Source: Spirochaetia bacterium
Lineage (GTDB): Bacteria; Spirochaetota; Spirochaetia; SZUA-6; Bin103
Direction of reading: 5' to 3'
Assembly: GCA_965208575.1 (NCBI GenBank)
Contig: CBDBOV010000004.1
Span: 960,001-1,024,000 of the forward strand
Length of the DNA: 64,000 nt
Part shown: in pieces, positions 1-10,424 of the stretch
Position numbering within the stretch: position 1 is the first letter of the stretch
How the letters are laid out: the number at the start of each line of letters is the position of its first letter
Made by a program: the position numbers and the translations under genes
Notes under the pieces: generated by a model
Told to the model about the DNA's origin: nothing
What the model saw: only the letters and a program-made list of their open reading frames with translations
Databases searched by the model: none

Positions 1-495
1 GCTGTCCAGAAACAGATCCACCAGCAGGTCGTCGATGATCCGGCCATCGGCGAGGATCTTCTTGTAGCGATGACACTTGGCCGTGTCTGGATCGCCCAGC
101 TCCAGGCGGTTCAAGGTGCTGGACCCGGCCAGGGCGTGACCGCGGTCACGTTCGCGCAGGCGCTGCGCGCCGGTCACATCGGCGCACCCGGTGGCCAACG
201 CCAGAGCGCTGTCGTCACGCAATCGGTCATGGTCATTGAGGTCCTCATAGCCGGCCGCCAGCCCCAGCACCCGCTGGGCGATCAGGATCTGAAGGGGATG
301 CTCGACCCGCTCCGGATCGCGATAGTCGGTGAAACAGGCCGCCAGTCGGCCGGTCACGTCAAATAACCGGTCAGCTTCGCGGAGCAACAGCACGCCGCTG
401 TCCGATGTCAGCCGACCGCCATCAAACGCGCCCACGACCGAGCGCCGTCCGAGACCTTCAAATAGCAGTTGTTCTGTAGTACAGTGTGTTTCCAC
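1..495 (-). CDS. IS1380-family transposase, N-terminal part (runs off window start)
   Basis: Not in ORF track. Minus-strand translation from GTG 495: VETHCTTEQLLFEGLGRRSVVGAFDGGRLTSDSGVLLLREAD...LAACFTDYRDPERVEH...QRVLGLAAGYEDLNDHDRLR...STLNRLELG...RYKKI...LLVDLFLDS, the typical IS1380 (DDE_Tnp_1_4) N-terminus. Confidence 0.92.
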   Translation of the reverse strand, partial: METHCTTEQLLFEGLGRRSVVGAFDGGRLTSDSGVLLLREADRLFDVTGRLAACFTDYRDPERVEHPLQILIAQRVLGLAAGYEDLNDHDRLRDDSALALATGCADVTGAQRLRERDRGHALAGSSTLNRLELGDPDTAKCHRYKKILADGRIIDDLLVDLFLDS

Positions 496-588
496 GGGGT
501 GGTTCCTTGTGGCTTTGTATTTGTTGCTACCATATACAGATAACCACAAATTCCACCCCGTGTCTATCCCCCTGGTGAGCTTTCCGGG
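1..588 (-). mobile_element. IS1380-family insertion sequence, left end; terminal inverted repeat at about 571-588
   Basis: CCTGGTGAGCTTTCCGGG(TTAG) about 80 bp upstream of the transposase start resembles IS1380 ends (GTGAGnnnTCCGGGnTAG); unrelated ATPase coding frame resumes right after it. Confidence 0.8.
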
Positions 589-590
589 TT

Positions 591-1571
591 AGGGCCCGTG
601 ATTTTGGTCCGCCAATCTACTCACGTGGCGGCTTCCTCAATCTCGCCTGGAAGGGCCAGGATGCCAGCTTCGTATCGCTTGCTGTTTCCTTCGATGAGGA
701 GGACACCCGCTTCGACTGGTCCGTGAGATTGGTGAGGCAGGATCACGATTTCTTTGTTGAAGAGCAAGTGTCTGAAGCATCGAAAGGGCGTCCACCGGCC
801 GAACTGCTCAAGGCCACGAATGGAGGAGGATGGTGGTGGTCTGGCGAAGAACAACGACAGGTAAAACTGAAACAGAGCCCCACGGCATGCGCGCTGAGTG
901 CGGCTTCTGCCGATGCATCGTTCGCCGCCCGCAGGGTTACCGAGTTTATCAACCGATGGGGATTCTTCGACCCGAGTCCGTATCTCCTTCGCAGAAATGC
1001 AACGTTCGCGGACTCCTCGTCGTTCGATCTCCACGGACGCAATCTTGCTGAACGTCTGTACCATCTGCAGGAGTCGACCCGCGATGTGTTCGACCGAGTA
1101 GTCGCCGCGACCCGGCTGGTAGTCGGTCTTCCAGACAAGATCGAAGTGCGGGAGTCGGAGGATCGCTGCTACTTTGTACAACAAGAAACCGGACTCAAAC
1201 ACCAGGTCCATCAGATGGGTGTATCCAGTGGAACGCTTCGGATCCTGGCGCTGATGACCGCAATATACGGCCAACCCGGCACCACGCTGGTGGGTATCGA
1301 AGAACCGGAGAACTATGTACACCCAACAGCAATCAGCTCGTTGGTGAACCACATGCGTGACGCAGAAGAAATCCAGTTCATGGTAACAACGCACTCGCCA
1401 CTGTTGCTTGACTGTCTCGACGATCCGGACGCGGTTGCGGTCGTGCGGCGTGACCCGGACAACGGAACCACCGTCTCGCGCGAGGGAAACGCGGAGGGCG
1501 TGCGAAAGGCGCTTGAGGAGTCCGAATTCGGTCTGGGTGAGTACCATAGTACCAAGGGCTTTGGACTCTGA
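591..1571 (+). pseudogene. AAA_21/ABC-type ATPase, 5'-truncated by IS1380
   Basis: ABC signature-like VSSGTLR, Walker B/D-loop GIEEPENYVHP, H-loop VTTHSP. The frame is open back to the IS end (..YSRGGFLNLAWKG..) but has no Walker A or native start. Confidence 0.8.
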
Positions 1572-1577
1572 ACGGAG

Positions 1578-2177
1578 ATGCCGAAAAGGGTCACCGTAAT
1601 TGCATCTGGCGAAACAGAGCGACGCGCCATTCCAGTACTGTGGCGAAAGCTCGATGACGACGGAATCGAGGTCGACGTTCGAATTCCGCCGCACGGCAAA
1701 CTACATGCGAAGGTCGTTCGACAAATTATCCAAGCACAGCGTTACGGAAGCGGTGATCGTCCACCTGATAAGTACGTAGTCCTTGTCGATACTGACGGAA
1801 AAACACCCGACGAAGCCCTCCGCGCGATCAGACAGCGCCTCTCAGAAACAATACCCGATGAGTTGCGACCACTTGTCAGGTACGCATACGCACAATGGCA
1901 CCTCGAAGCGTGGTACTTCGCCGACGCCGAGAACCTCAGAAGACACATGAGCGGACGGTCACTCGGTCATGTTGACACTTCCAGACCCGATGAGGTCACC
2001 CGTCCGAAGGAGCACTTGAAGAACTTGCTCAGGCGTGGCAAGCTCGTATACAGCGCAAGATTGTCTGAAGAAATCGCTCAGGAGCTCAAACCACAAACGA
2101 TATTTGCACGAAGCCCGAGCTTCCGTGAGTTCTGTTCCGCCGTACGCAACGGTCCCTTGGCCGATGACGCACAGTAA
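1578..2177 (+). CDS. DUF4276-family protein (TOPRIM-like partner of AAA ATPase)
   Basis: N-terminal VIASGETE, VLVDTD, LEAWYFAD, RPKEHL and C-terminal RSPSFREF motifs; GGAG SD; 6 nt after the ATPase stop. Confidence 0.75.
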   Translation: MPKRVTVIASGETERRAIPVLWRKLDDDGIEVDVRIPPHGKLHAKVVRQIIQAQRYGSGDRPPDKYVVLVDTDGKTPDEALRAIRQRLSETIPDELRPLVRYAYAQWHLEAWYFADAENLRRHMSGRSLGHVDTSRPDEVTRPKEHLKNLLRRGKLVYSARLSEEIAQELKPQTIFARSPSFREFCSAVRNGPLADDAQ

Positions 2178-2381
2178 CGCGACGTAAGGAATGAAGAACG
2201 TAGTTTCGTGACGTAGTAGAAAATGGAACAAAGTCGAGTGGCGCCGATCGGAGACAACCTTCGGTAAGCCAAGATCCCGGTACCGATTGGCGACTCACAG
2301 CAGCACACCGTCGCACGGAGTGTTCACGATGTGTCGACGCTCGTTGTGCCTCCTTGGACCTGTGACGTACACTGCCGGGGC

Positions 2382-3137
2382 ATGAAACTGGAAGGAAGAT
2401 GTGCGCTGGTGACCGGCGGGGCGTCGGGGATCGGCAAGGCGAGTTGCGAGCTGTTCGCCCGCGAGGGGGCGAAGGTCGCCGTGGTGGACGTGAACGGCCC
2501 CGGGGCCGAGGAGACCGCGCACGGGATTGGCGCGGCGGGAGGCACGGCGCTGCCGTTCACGGCCGACGTGACGGATGAAGACCAGGTGGCGCGGGCGGTG
2601 GCCGGGGCGGTGGCGGAGTGGGGGCCGATCGGCGTGCTGCACAACCACGCCGGCCTGCTGCCGGCCAACGACGCCTCGATCTTCGACATCGACGCGGCCA
2701 CCATCGACGAGGCGCTGTCGATCAACGTCAAGGGGATGATCCTGGTCGGCAAGCACGTGGCGCGGGTGATGCGCGACGCCGGCGGCGGGGCGATCGTCAA
2801 CACCGCCTCCGACCTGTCCTACATCGCGCTCGGCGGCCTCACCACCTACGTTACCTCGAAGAGCGCCATCCCCGGCCTCACGCGGGTGATGGCCGCCGAT
2901 CTGGCCGACCACGGGGTGCGGGTGAACGCCGTGGCGCCCGGCTTCACCTACACCGGCATGACCGCGGGACTGCTGGACCAGCCGGACGTGCTGGAACCGA
3001 TGCGGGAGACCTACCTGATCAGGGAGCTCGGCCAGCCGGTCGACGTGGCCAACTGCGTGCTGTTCCTGGCCTCCGACGAGGCGCGCTTCGTCACCGGCGC
3101 CGTGTTGGTGGTGGACGGCGGCCACACGGTCCGGTAG
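2382..3137 (+). CDS. SDR-family NAD(P)-dependent oxidoreductase
   Basis: TGGASGIG, NHAG, YVTSK, VRVNAVAPG, VDGG. Confidence 0.93.
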   Translation: MKLEGRCALVTGGASGIGKASCELFAREGAKVAVVDVNGPGAEETAHGIGAAGGTALPFTADVTDEDQVARAVAGAVAEWGPIGVLHNHAGLLPANDASIFDIDAATIDEALSINVKGMILVGKHVARVMRDAGGGAIVNTASDLSYIALGGLTTYVTSKSAIPGLTRVMAADLADHGVRVNAVAPGFTYTGMTAGLLDQPDVLEPMRETYLIRELGQPVDVANCVLFLASDEARFVTGAVLVVDGGHTVR

Positions 3138-3213
3138 CGATGGCGCCGATCGGTTCCCGACCCGACGGGCGTCCGCCGAAGCCGGCGCCGCTGCCACGAT
3201 AGCCGGCTCGCGC

Positions 3214-4044
3214 ATGCGTGCGGACTGGACGCCCTCCGACGAGCGGCGGGTGCGCGAACGCTACCCGGACATGGTGGAGTGCCCGCCGCCGGCGATCCAT
3301 GCCTCGATCGAGTTGCTCGGCAGGCGCTGCACGGTCACCGATCTGAGCCACGAGATCGCGCCGAGCAACCCCACCTTCAAGGGCCACCAGCGCACGGTGA
3401 TGTGGCAGCACCTGTCGCACCAGGACGTGCAGCAGTTCGGGCTTACCGAGCCGCCCTACTCCTACGAAGTGGTGGCGTTCACCCTGTGCGGCCACACCTC
3501 CACCCACTGCGACTCGATCAGCCACATCGTGCCCGAGCAGGGCGCCCGGCCCATCGACAAGAGCCCTCTGCAGTGGCACATGGCACCGGGGATCTGGCTC
3601 GACTTCCGCGCCAAGGAGCCCAACTCCTACATCACCCGCGCCGACCTGGAAGGGCAGATGGCCGAGCACGGGCTGCAGATCAGGCAGGGCTCGGTGCTGC
3701 TGTACGCCACCGGGTGGAGCGACAAGTGGTCCGGCGACCCGTACTCCTACATCGCCGGCTACCCCGGCCTGGACGAGGAGGCGAGCCACTTCCTGGCCGA
3801 CTCCGGCGTGGTGGCGTTCGGCGCCGACGCGCCGAGCGTCGACTCCCACCACGAGGTGGCGGTGCGCCGCGTGCAGCCGGCGCACATGATGTGCCGGGAG
3901 CGCGGCATCCTGAACATGGAGAACCTGGCCAACGTGCACCGCATCCCGGAGCGCAGCTTCACCTTCATCGGCCTGCCGCTGAAGATCAGGAACGGCGCCG
4001 GCTCACCGATCCGGGCCGTGGCTATCACCGAGGATCGCGACTGA
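3214..4044 (+). CDS. Cyclase-family metal-dependent hydrolase (kynurenine formamidase-like)
   Basis: HTSTHCD (HxxTHxD), YPGL, GADAPSVD, ENLAN, PLKIRNGAGSPIRAVA. Confidence 0.88.
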   Translation: MRADWTPSDERRVRERYPDMVECPPPAIHASIELLGRRCTVTDLSHEIAPSNPTFKGHQRTVMWQHLSHQDVQQFGLTEPPYSYEVVAFTLCGHTSTHCDSISHIVPEQGARPIDKSPLQWHMAPGIWLDFRAKEPNSYITRADLEGQMAEHGLQIRQGSVLLYATGWSDKWSGDPYSYIAGYPGLDEEASHFLADSGVVAFGADAPSVDSHHEVAVRRVQPAHMMCRERGILNMENLANVHRIPERSFTFIGLPLKIRNGAGSPIRAVAITEDRD

Positions 4045-4046
4045 GC

Positions 4047-5108
4047 ATGCAGGCGCTGGTGCTGACCGCTCCGAACCGGTTCTCGGTCGAGCAGGTGGCG
4101 GTTCCCGAAATCGGCGCGGACGACGTGCTGGTGCGCGTCGATACCACCTACATCTGCGGCACCGACCCGCACATCATCGCCGGCGACTTTCCCGGCTTCT
4201 GGCCCAGGTCGTACCCGTTCGTGCCCGGCCACGAGTGGTCGGGCACCGTGGTCGAGACCGGACCGGTCGCCGCCGGCCTCGGCTGGCGCGCCGGCGACCG
4301 CGTGTGCGCCACCTCGCACTGCGGCTGCGGCTACTGCCGCATGTGCCTGACGGGGCGCTACAACCTGTGCCTGAATTACGGCAACGAGGCGGTCGGCCAC
4401 CGCCAGTACGGCCACTACACCCCCGGCGGTTACGCCGAGTACGTGGCGGCCAGCGTCAAGAGCGTGTACCGCATCCCCGACAACCTGTCCCTGGCCGACG
4501 CGGCGGTGATCGACCCGCTCTCCATCGCCCTGTACACGGTCAAGCGCACCCGCCTGCAGCCGGGCGCCGACATCGTGATCCTCGGCGCCGGTCCGCAGGG
4601 CCTGATGGCGATCCTGTGCGCGGCGGCACTCGGCGCCGGGCGCATCATCGCCGCCGGCAGCGGCGAGCGGCTGGCACGCGCCCGCGAGCTGGGCGCCATC
4701 GGCATCGACTACCGCGCCGCCGACGTGGTCGAGGAGGTGCGCCGGCTGACCGGCGGCCTCGGCGCGCCGCACGTGGTGGAGTGCGCGGGTACGACACAGG
4801 CGTTCCGGCAGGCGTGCGAACTGGCCGCCAAGGGCGGCGTGATCTCCGCCATCGGCCTGCCCGCCGAGGACGCCCCCGTGCCGGTGCGCCGCCTGGTGCT
4901 CGACGAAGTGGAGATCCGCGGCGGGCGCGCCAACCCCAACACCGCCGAGGAAGCCCTCTCCCTGGTCATCAACGGCCGCGTCGACATCGCCCCGCTGTTC
5001 ACCCACCGCTTCCCGCTCGCCGAATTCGCCGACGCGCTCGACACCTTCAGCGGCCGCGTCGACGGCGCCATCAAGGTGGCCGTCTGCCCGGCCGACCGAC
5101 CCTCCTGA
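4047..5108 (+). CDS. Zn-dependent alcohol/sugar-alcohol dehydrogenase (MDR)
   Basis: ICGTD, GHEWSG, structural Zn CGYCRMC..C, GAGPQG; ATG 2 nt after the cyclase stop. Confidence 0.92.
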   Translation: MQALVLTAPNRFSVEQVAVPEIGADDVLVRVDTTYICGTDPHIIAGDFPGFWPRSYPFVPGHEWSGTVVETGPVAAGLGWRAGDRVCATSHCGCGYCRMCLTGRYNLCLNYGNEAVGHRQYGHYTPGGYAEYVAASVKSVYRIPDNLSLADAAVIDPLSIALYTVKRTRLQPGADIVILGAGPQGLMAILCAAALGAGRIIAAGSGERLARARELGAIGIDYRAADVVEEVRRLTGGLGAPHVVECAGTTQAFRQACELAAKGGVISAIGLPAEDAPVPVRRLVLDEVEIRGGRANPNTAEEALSLVINGRVDIAPLFTHRFPLAEFADALDTFSGRVDGAIKVAVCPADRPS

Positions 5109-5109
5109 C

Positions 5110-6318
5110 GTGGCCGGGCAGTCGCCGCGCCCCGCGCACCAGGTAGTCGACTCGCTGCCGGTATGGGGCGTGCCGGTCGCAGAGGCCGTGGAGCAGATGC
5201 AGCGCTGCCGGGTGCGCGCCGACTACGCCGCCCTGATGGCGGACCACCACCTCGGCTACGCGGTGCCGGTGGGCGGCGTGATCGCCTGGGCCGACCACGT
5301 CAGCCCATCGGGAGTCGGCTTCGACGTCTCCTGCGGCAACAAGGCGGTGCTCCTGGATGCCGACGCCGGGGAGGTACGCCGCCACATCGGTACGATCATG
5401 GATGACCTGTGGCGCACCCTGTCGTTCGGCATCGGGCGCAGGAACCGCGAGCCGGTGGAGCACGAGCTGTTCGACGACGACCCCGCCTGGGAGCTCCCCG
5501 AGGTCGCGCAGCACCGCGACATGGCGCGCGCCCAGCTCGGCACCATCGGCTCCGGCAACCACTACGTCGACCTGTTCGCCGACGAGGCGGACCGGGTGTG
5601 GGTCGGCGTCCACTTCGGCTCGCGCGGCCTCGGCCACAAGATCGCCAGCCACTTCATCCGCGCCGGCGGCGGCCGCGACGGCATCCACGTCGATCCGGTG
5701 CTGCTCGCGGCCGGCAGCGACCTCGGGCAGCGCTACCTGGCGTGCATGCAGCTCGCCGGCCGCTACGCCTACGCCGGGCGCGACTGGGTGTGCGCCCGCG
5801 TCGCCCGCCTGCTCGGCGCCACGGTCCTGGACGAGGTGCACAACCACCACAACTTCGCCTGGCGCGAGCACCACTTCGGGCGCGACCTGTGGGTGGTGCG
5901 CAAGGGCGCCACCCCGGCGTTCCCCGGGCAGCGCGGCTTCATCGGCGGCTCCATGGGCGACATCTCCGTGATCGTGGAGGGCGTCGACAGCGAGGAGAGC
6001 CGCCTCACCCTGCGCTCCACCGTGCACGGCGCCGGCCGGGTGATGTCGCGGCGCCGCGCCGCCGGCAAGCGCCGCCGCCGGCGCGGGCGCGTCGAGCAGA
6101 TCACCCAAGGTGAAGTGAGCCGCGAGATGATGCAGGAGTGGCTGCAGCGGACCGGCGTGGAGCTGCGCGGCGCCGGCACCGACGAGTCACCGCACTGCTA
6201 CAAGCGCATCGAAGAGGTACTCGGCTGCCACGCCGCCAGCATCCGCATCCTGCACACCCTCACCCCCCTCGGCGTCGCCATGGCCGCCCCCGACGAATTC
6301 GACCCCTTCCGCGACTGA
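5110..6318 (+). CDS. rtcB: RtcB-family RNA 2',3'-cyclic phosphate/5'-OH ligase
   Basis: ADHHLGYAVPVGG, GVGFDVSCG, QLGTIGSGNHY, HFGSRGLG, HNHHN, RKGAT, GGSMG, HGAGR, DESPHCYK. Confidence 0.93.
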   Translation: MAGQSPRPAHQVVDSLPVWGVPVAEAVEQMQRCRVRADYAALMADHHLGYAVPVGGVIAWADHVSPSGVGFDVSCGNKAVLLDADAGEVRRHIGTIMDDLWRTLSFGIGRRNREPVEHELFDDDPAWELPEVAQHRDMARAQLGTIGSGNHYVDLFADEADRVWVGVHFGSRGLGHKIASHFIRAGGGRDGIHVDPVLLAAGSDLGQRYLACMQLAGRYAYAGRDWVCARVARLLGATVLDEVHNHHNFAWREHHFGRDLWVVRKGATPAFPGQRGFIGGSMGDISVIVEGVDSEESRLTLRSTVHGAGRVMSRRRAAGKRRRRRGRVEQITQGEVSREMMQEWLQRTGVELRGAGTDESPHCYKRIEEVLGCHAASIRILHTLTPLGVAMAAPDEFDPFRD

Positions 6319-6330
6319 ACGCTCTCATCA

Positions 6331-6360
6331 ATTGACAGCACATATTGCTGTCAATACGAT
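6331..6360 (+). promoter_or_regulatory. sigma70-type promoter with overlapping palindromic operator (TA autoregulation)
   Basis: TTGACA(6332-6337)-N17-TACGAT(6355-6360); perfect 10-bp inverted repeat ATTGACAGCA-N5-TGCTGTCAAT (6331-6355). Confidence 0.85.
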
Positions 6361-6369
6361 TGGGTGGCG

Positions 6370-6627
6370 ATGAGTTCCACGGTCACGGTCCGCAATATCG
6401 ATCCGGCAGACAAGTCCTGGCTCAGGCGCGAAGCGCGCCAGATGGGCGTATCAATGGAGGAACTGGTCCGCCGGCTCATTCGAGAGAAGCGCACGAAGGC
6501 CGGTCGGCGCCCCAAGCCGTCCGAAGCGTTCCGACGGTACTTCGGACCCGACCATGGCGTCGAGTTGCCGCCGCCGGAGCGGTACGCGTACCGGCGGGTG
6601 GAGTTCGGCTCGGAAGATGAGAGATGA
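6370..6627 (+). CDS. FitA/VapB-like ribbon-helix-helix antitoxin
   Basis: STVTVRNID...LRREARQMGVSMEELVRRLI (FitA-like RHH); overlaps the PIN gene. Confidence 0.85.
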   Translation: MSSTVTVRNIDPADKSWLRREARQMGVSMEELVRRLIREKRTKAGRRPKPSEAFRRYFGPDHGVELPPPERYAYRRVEFGSEDER

Positions 6628-7066
6628 CGGACCCGTCGCTTGGCTGATCGATACGAACGTCGTCTCCGAGATGATGCGCCCGAACCCGGAGCCGCGCGTG
6701 GCCGCATTCCTGGACCAGATCGCCGACGATGGGATCGGTCTCGCGTCAATCACCGTGTGGGAGATCCTCAACGGCATCGGCCGGCTTGACGCCGGGCACA
6801 GGCGCGCACACTTGGCAGACCGGTTCCAAGATCTTCTGGGCGACCTGTTCGAGGACCGGATAGTCGATTGGACAAGCGACCATGCGCGGGCGTGCGCCCG
6901 CATCATGGAACACAAGCGGCGCCGGGGAGAGCCGCTCGACGACCACCTCCCGGACGCATTCCTCGCCGCCACCGCGGCGCACCTCGGTCTTACCGTGGTC
7001 ACGCGAAACACGAGTCAATTCCGCAACACCGGCGTCGAAGTGGTGGATCCGTGGTCTCGGGGCTGA
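6617..7066 (+). CDS. VapC/FitB PIN-domain toxin
   Basis: LIDTNVVSE, ITVWEI, DAFLAATA, VVTRNTSQF, VDPW. Confidence 0.92.
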   Translation: MRDDGPVAWLIDTNVVSEMMRPNPEPRVAAFLDQIADDGIGLASITVWEILNGIGRLDAGHRRAHLADRFQDLLGDLFEDRIVDWTSDHARACARIMEHKRRRGEPLDDHLPDAFLAATAAHLGLTVVTRNTSQFRNTGVEVVDPWSRG

Positions 7067-7150
7067 ACGTTACTGCACCGCGCCGAGGGTGAGACCGCGG
7101 ACGAATCTGCGGTGGTGCTGGACATGCGCTACACTTGGAGCAGGCAGCAA

Positions 7151-8743
<1,593 letters not shown>

Positions 8744-8884
8744 CCGGGTAGATCGCCCAAACCATCCGAGGTGCGACCGCTCCAAACAGGTCAAGCGACG
8801 ATCCTGGACAGTGCACCGAGCTACTGCCCCACGCAAGCGCACGCTCGGCCATCCGGGCTAGCTGGTTGCGGGAAATTGCAAATG

Positions 8885-8900
8885 AGAGCCATGTGGCTCT
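8885..8900. promoter_or_regulatory. Palindrome upstream of Xre/RES TA (candidate operator)
   Basis: AGAGCCA-TG-TGGCTCT perfect 7-bp inverted repeat, just after a TTGCAA hexamer. Confidence 0.45.
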
Positions 8901-8942
8901 GTGCACCAGAGTGGATGTACGCTATTCTGTGACCGCAGGGAG

Positions 8943-9422
8943 ATGGTCATGAAATCGCTACACTCCTACTCTGAACCCGGGACCTTGCTCGAGACCGAGC
9001 CACTACGGCTGGCGAAGCTACTCTCGCTAAGCGTTCCCGAGGACTTCGACGAAGTAGCACTTGCTCGCACCGTGGCAAAGGGACTTCCGCCTAGTAGCGT
9101 GACTGCGCTGATTGAGGTGCTTGACATCGACCGGTCGGAAATCATCGGGCCTGTCATTCCGCGGGGAACGCTACAACGGCTGACGAAGAGCGGCAGACCG
9201 CTTTCGAGGGAGTATAGCGAACGGATCTACTCCCTCGGTCGCGTGATCGATGCCGTTGGACGCGCGTATCACGGCGACTCCAAGCAGGTCAAGGGATTCC
9301 TGTACCGTCCGCATCAGATGCTTGGTGGCGATACGCCCCTGCACATGGCGCTATCCAGCTCTGCTGGTGCAGACGCCGTGCTGAGTCTGCTTGATTGGGC
9401 GGATGCCGGCGTCTCTGTTTGA
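8943..9422 (+). CDS. Xre/MbcA/ParS-family antitoxin
   Basis: VAKGLP, TLQR..LSREYSERI, FLYRPHQMLGGDTPL, GADAVLSLL. Confidence 0.88.
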   Translation: MVMKSLHSYSEPGTLLETEPLRLAKLLSLSVPEDFDEVALARTVAKGLPPSSVTALIEVLDIDRSEIIGPVIPRGTLQRLTKSGRPLSREYSERIYSLGRVIDAVGRAYHGDSKQVKGFLYRPHQMLGGDTPLHMALSSSAGADAVLSLLDWADAGVSV

Positions 9423-9903
9423 TCACCCGAGACAACTACCGTCTGCCCTCACCGCTTACCGCATCGGCGATGCGAACGGTAGATTCCCTGTTTACAGCGC
9501 GGAAGGCGCTCGTACGAACGATCGCGGTCGCTGGCACCGGCGCGGCGACCGTGTGATCTACGCCTCGGAACACTACTCCACCGCGATGCTCGAGACCTTG
9601 GTGCGATGGAGCGGGGCTCCGCCATCCAATCAACACTACGTCGAAGTCACCATTCCCGCCGGTGTCAGCTACGAGGTAGTCACGGACCATGTCCTCCCTG
9701 ATTGGCATCATTCTGCCCGCACGGTCGCGCGGAAGTTCGGCCACGCGTGGTACGAACAGCAACGAAGCGCGATTCTGATAGTTCCGTCGGTTGTAGCTCG
9801 CCTCGAAAGAAATATCATCATCAACGCGACGCACGAAGAGTTTGGGAGGATCACTCCAGGACTCGACACGCCGGTTTGGTGGGACCAGAGGTTGTTTGGC
9901 TGA
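9403..9903 (+). CDS. RES-domain toxin (NAD-consuming)
   Basis: YRIG, GRWHRRG..VIYASEH.STAMLE, ILIVPSVV..ERNIIIN..H, WDQRLF. Confidence 0.92.
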   Translation: MPASLFDHPRQLPSALTAYRIGDANGRFPVYSAEGARTNDRGRWHRRGDRVIYASEHYSTAMLETLVRWSGAPPSNQHYVEVTIPAGVSYEVVTDHVLPDWHHSARTVARKFGHAWYEQQRSAILIVPSVVARLERNIIINATHEEFGRITPGLDTPVWWDQRLFG

Positions 9904-9985
9904 GTCTGTACGGTCACTCCGTGACATGGAAGACGATGAAAGCCAATGCCGGCCGGCCGGCTTTTTTCGGACCAGAGCAGTCGGA
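9901..9985 (+). repeat. Dispersed ~85-90 bp repeat, copy 1
   Basis: TGAGTCTGTACGGTCACTCCGTGACATGGAAGACGATGAA...GCCGGCTTTTTTCGGACCAGAGCA aligns with 13530-13620. Confidence 0.8.
9939..9967 (+). terminator. Intrinsic terminator-like hairpin after RES toxin
   Basis: AAAGCC...GCCGGCCGGCCGGC followed by TTTTTT. Confidence 0.4.
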
Positions 9986-10029
9986 TCCAAACCACTGCCG
10001 CGGTATCGACTCGGGATGAACGCCCTGCG

Positions 10030-10422
10030 CTACTGGCCGACGTAGGTGCCATGCTCGGTCATCAGGGCGAGCAGGTTGCCGGCGGGATCGCGGAAGAAGG
10101 CCATGCGCAGCTCGTAGTCGGCGGCGGAGTGGATCACCTGCGGCGGGCCGTCGAACGTGACGCCACGTTCCTGCAACTCCGCGCATCGGCGGTCGATGTC
10201 GGCTACCTTGAAGTAGAGCGTGCAACCCGCCCCCGCGCTGCCGGCGCCGGAAGACAGCATGAGACGCACATCACCGCAGTCGAAGAACGCCAGGTTCGGC
10301 CCCGGCTGGGCGATGAACGGAACGCCGAGGGTGTCGCGGTAGAACGCTACCGCGGCATCGACATCGTCCACCGCCAGCGCTACCTGCCCGATGTGCCAGC
10401 TCGGTGCTTCGCTTGCGGACAT
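10030..10422 (-). CDS. VOC/glyoxalase-family protein
   Basis: IGQVALAVDDVDAAVAFYRDTLG, LYFKVADI, AFFRDPAGNLLAL. Confidence 0.9.
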   Translation of the reverse strand: MSASEAPSWHIGQVALAVDDVDAAVAFYRDTLGVPFIAQPGPNLAFFDCGDVRLMLSSGAGSAGAGCTLYFKVADIDRRCAELQERGVTFDGPPQVIHSAADYELRMAFFRDPAGNLLALMTEHGTYVGQ

Positions 10423-10424
10423 CT

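Noticed and set aside
70-592. Plus-strand ORFs 70-366 and 329-592
   Set aside because: Antisense to the IS1380 transposase and IS end
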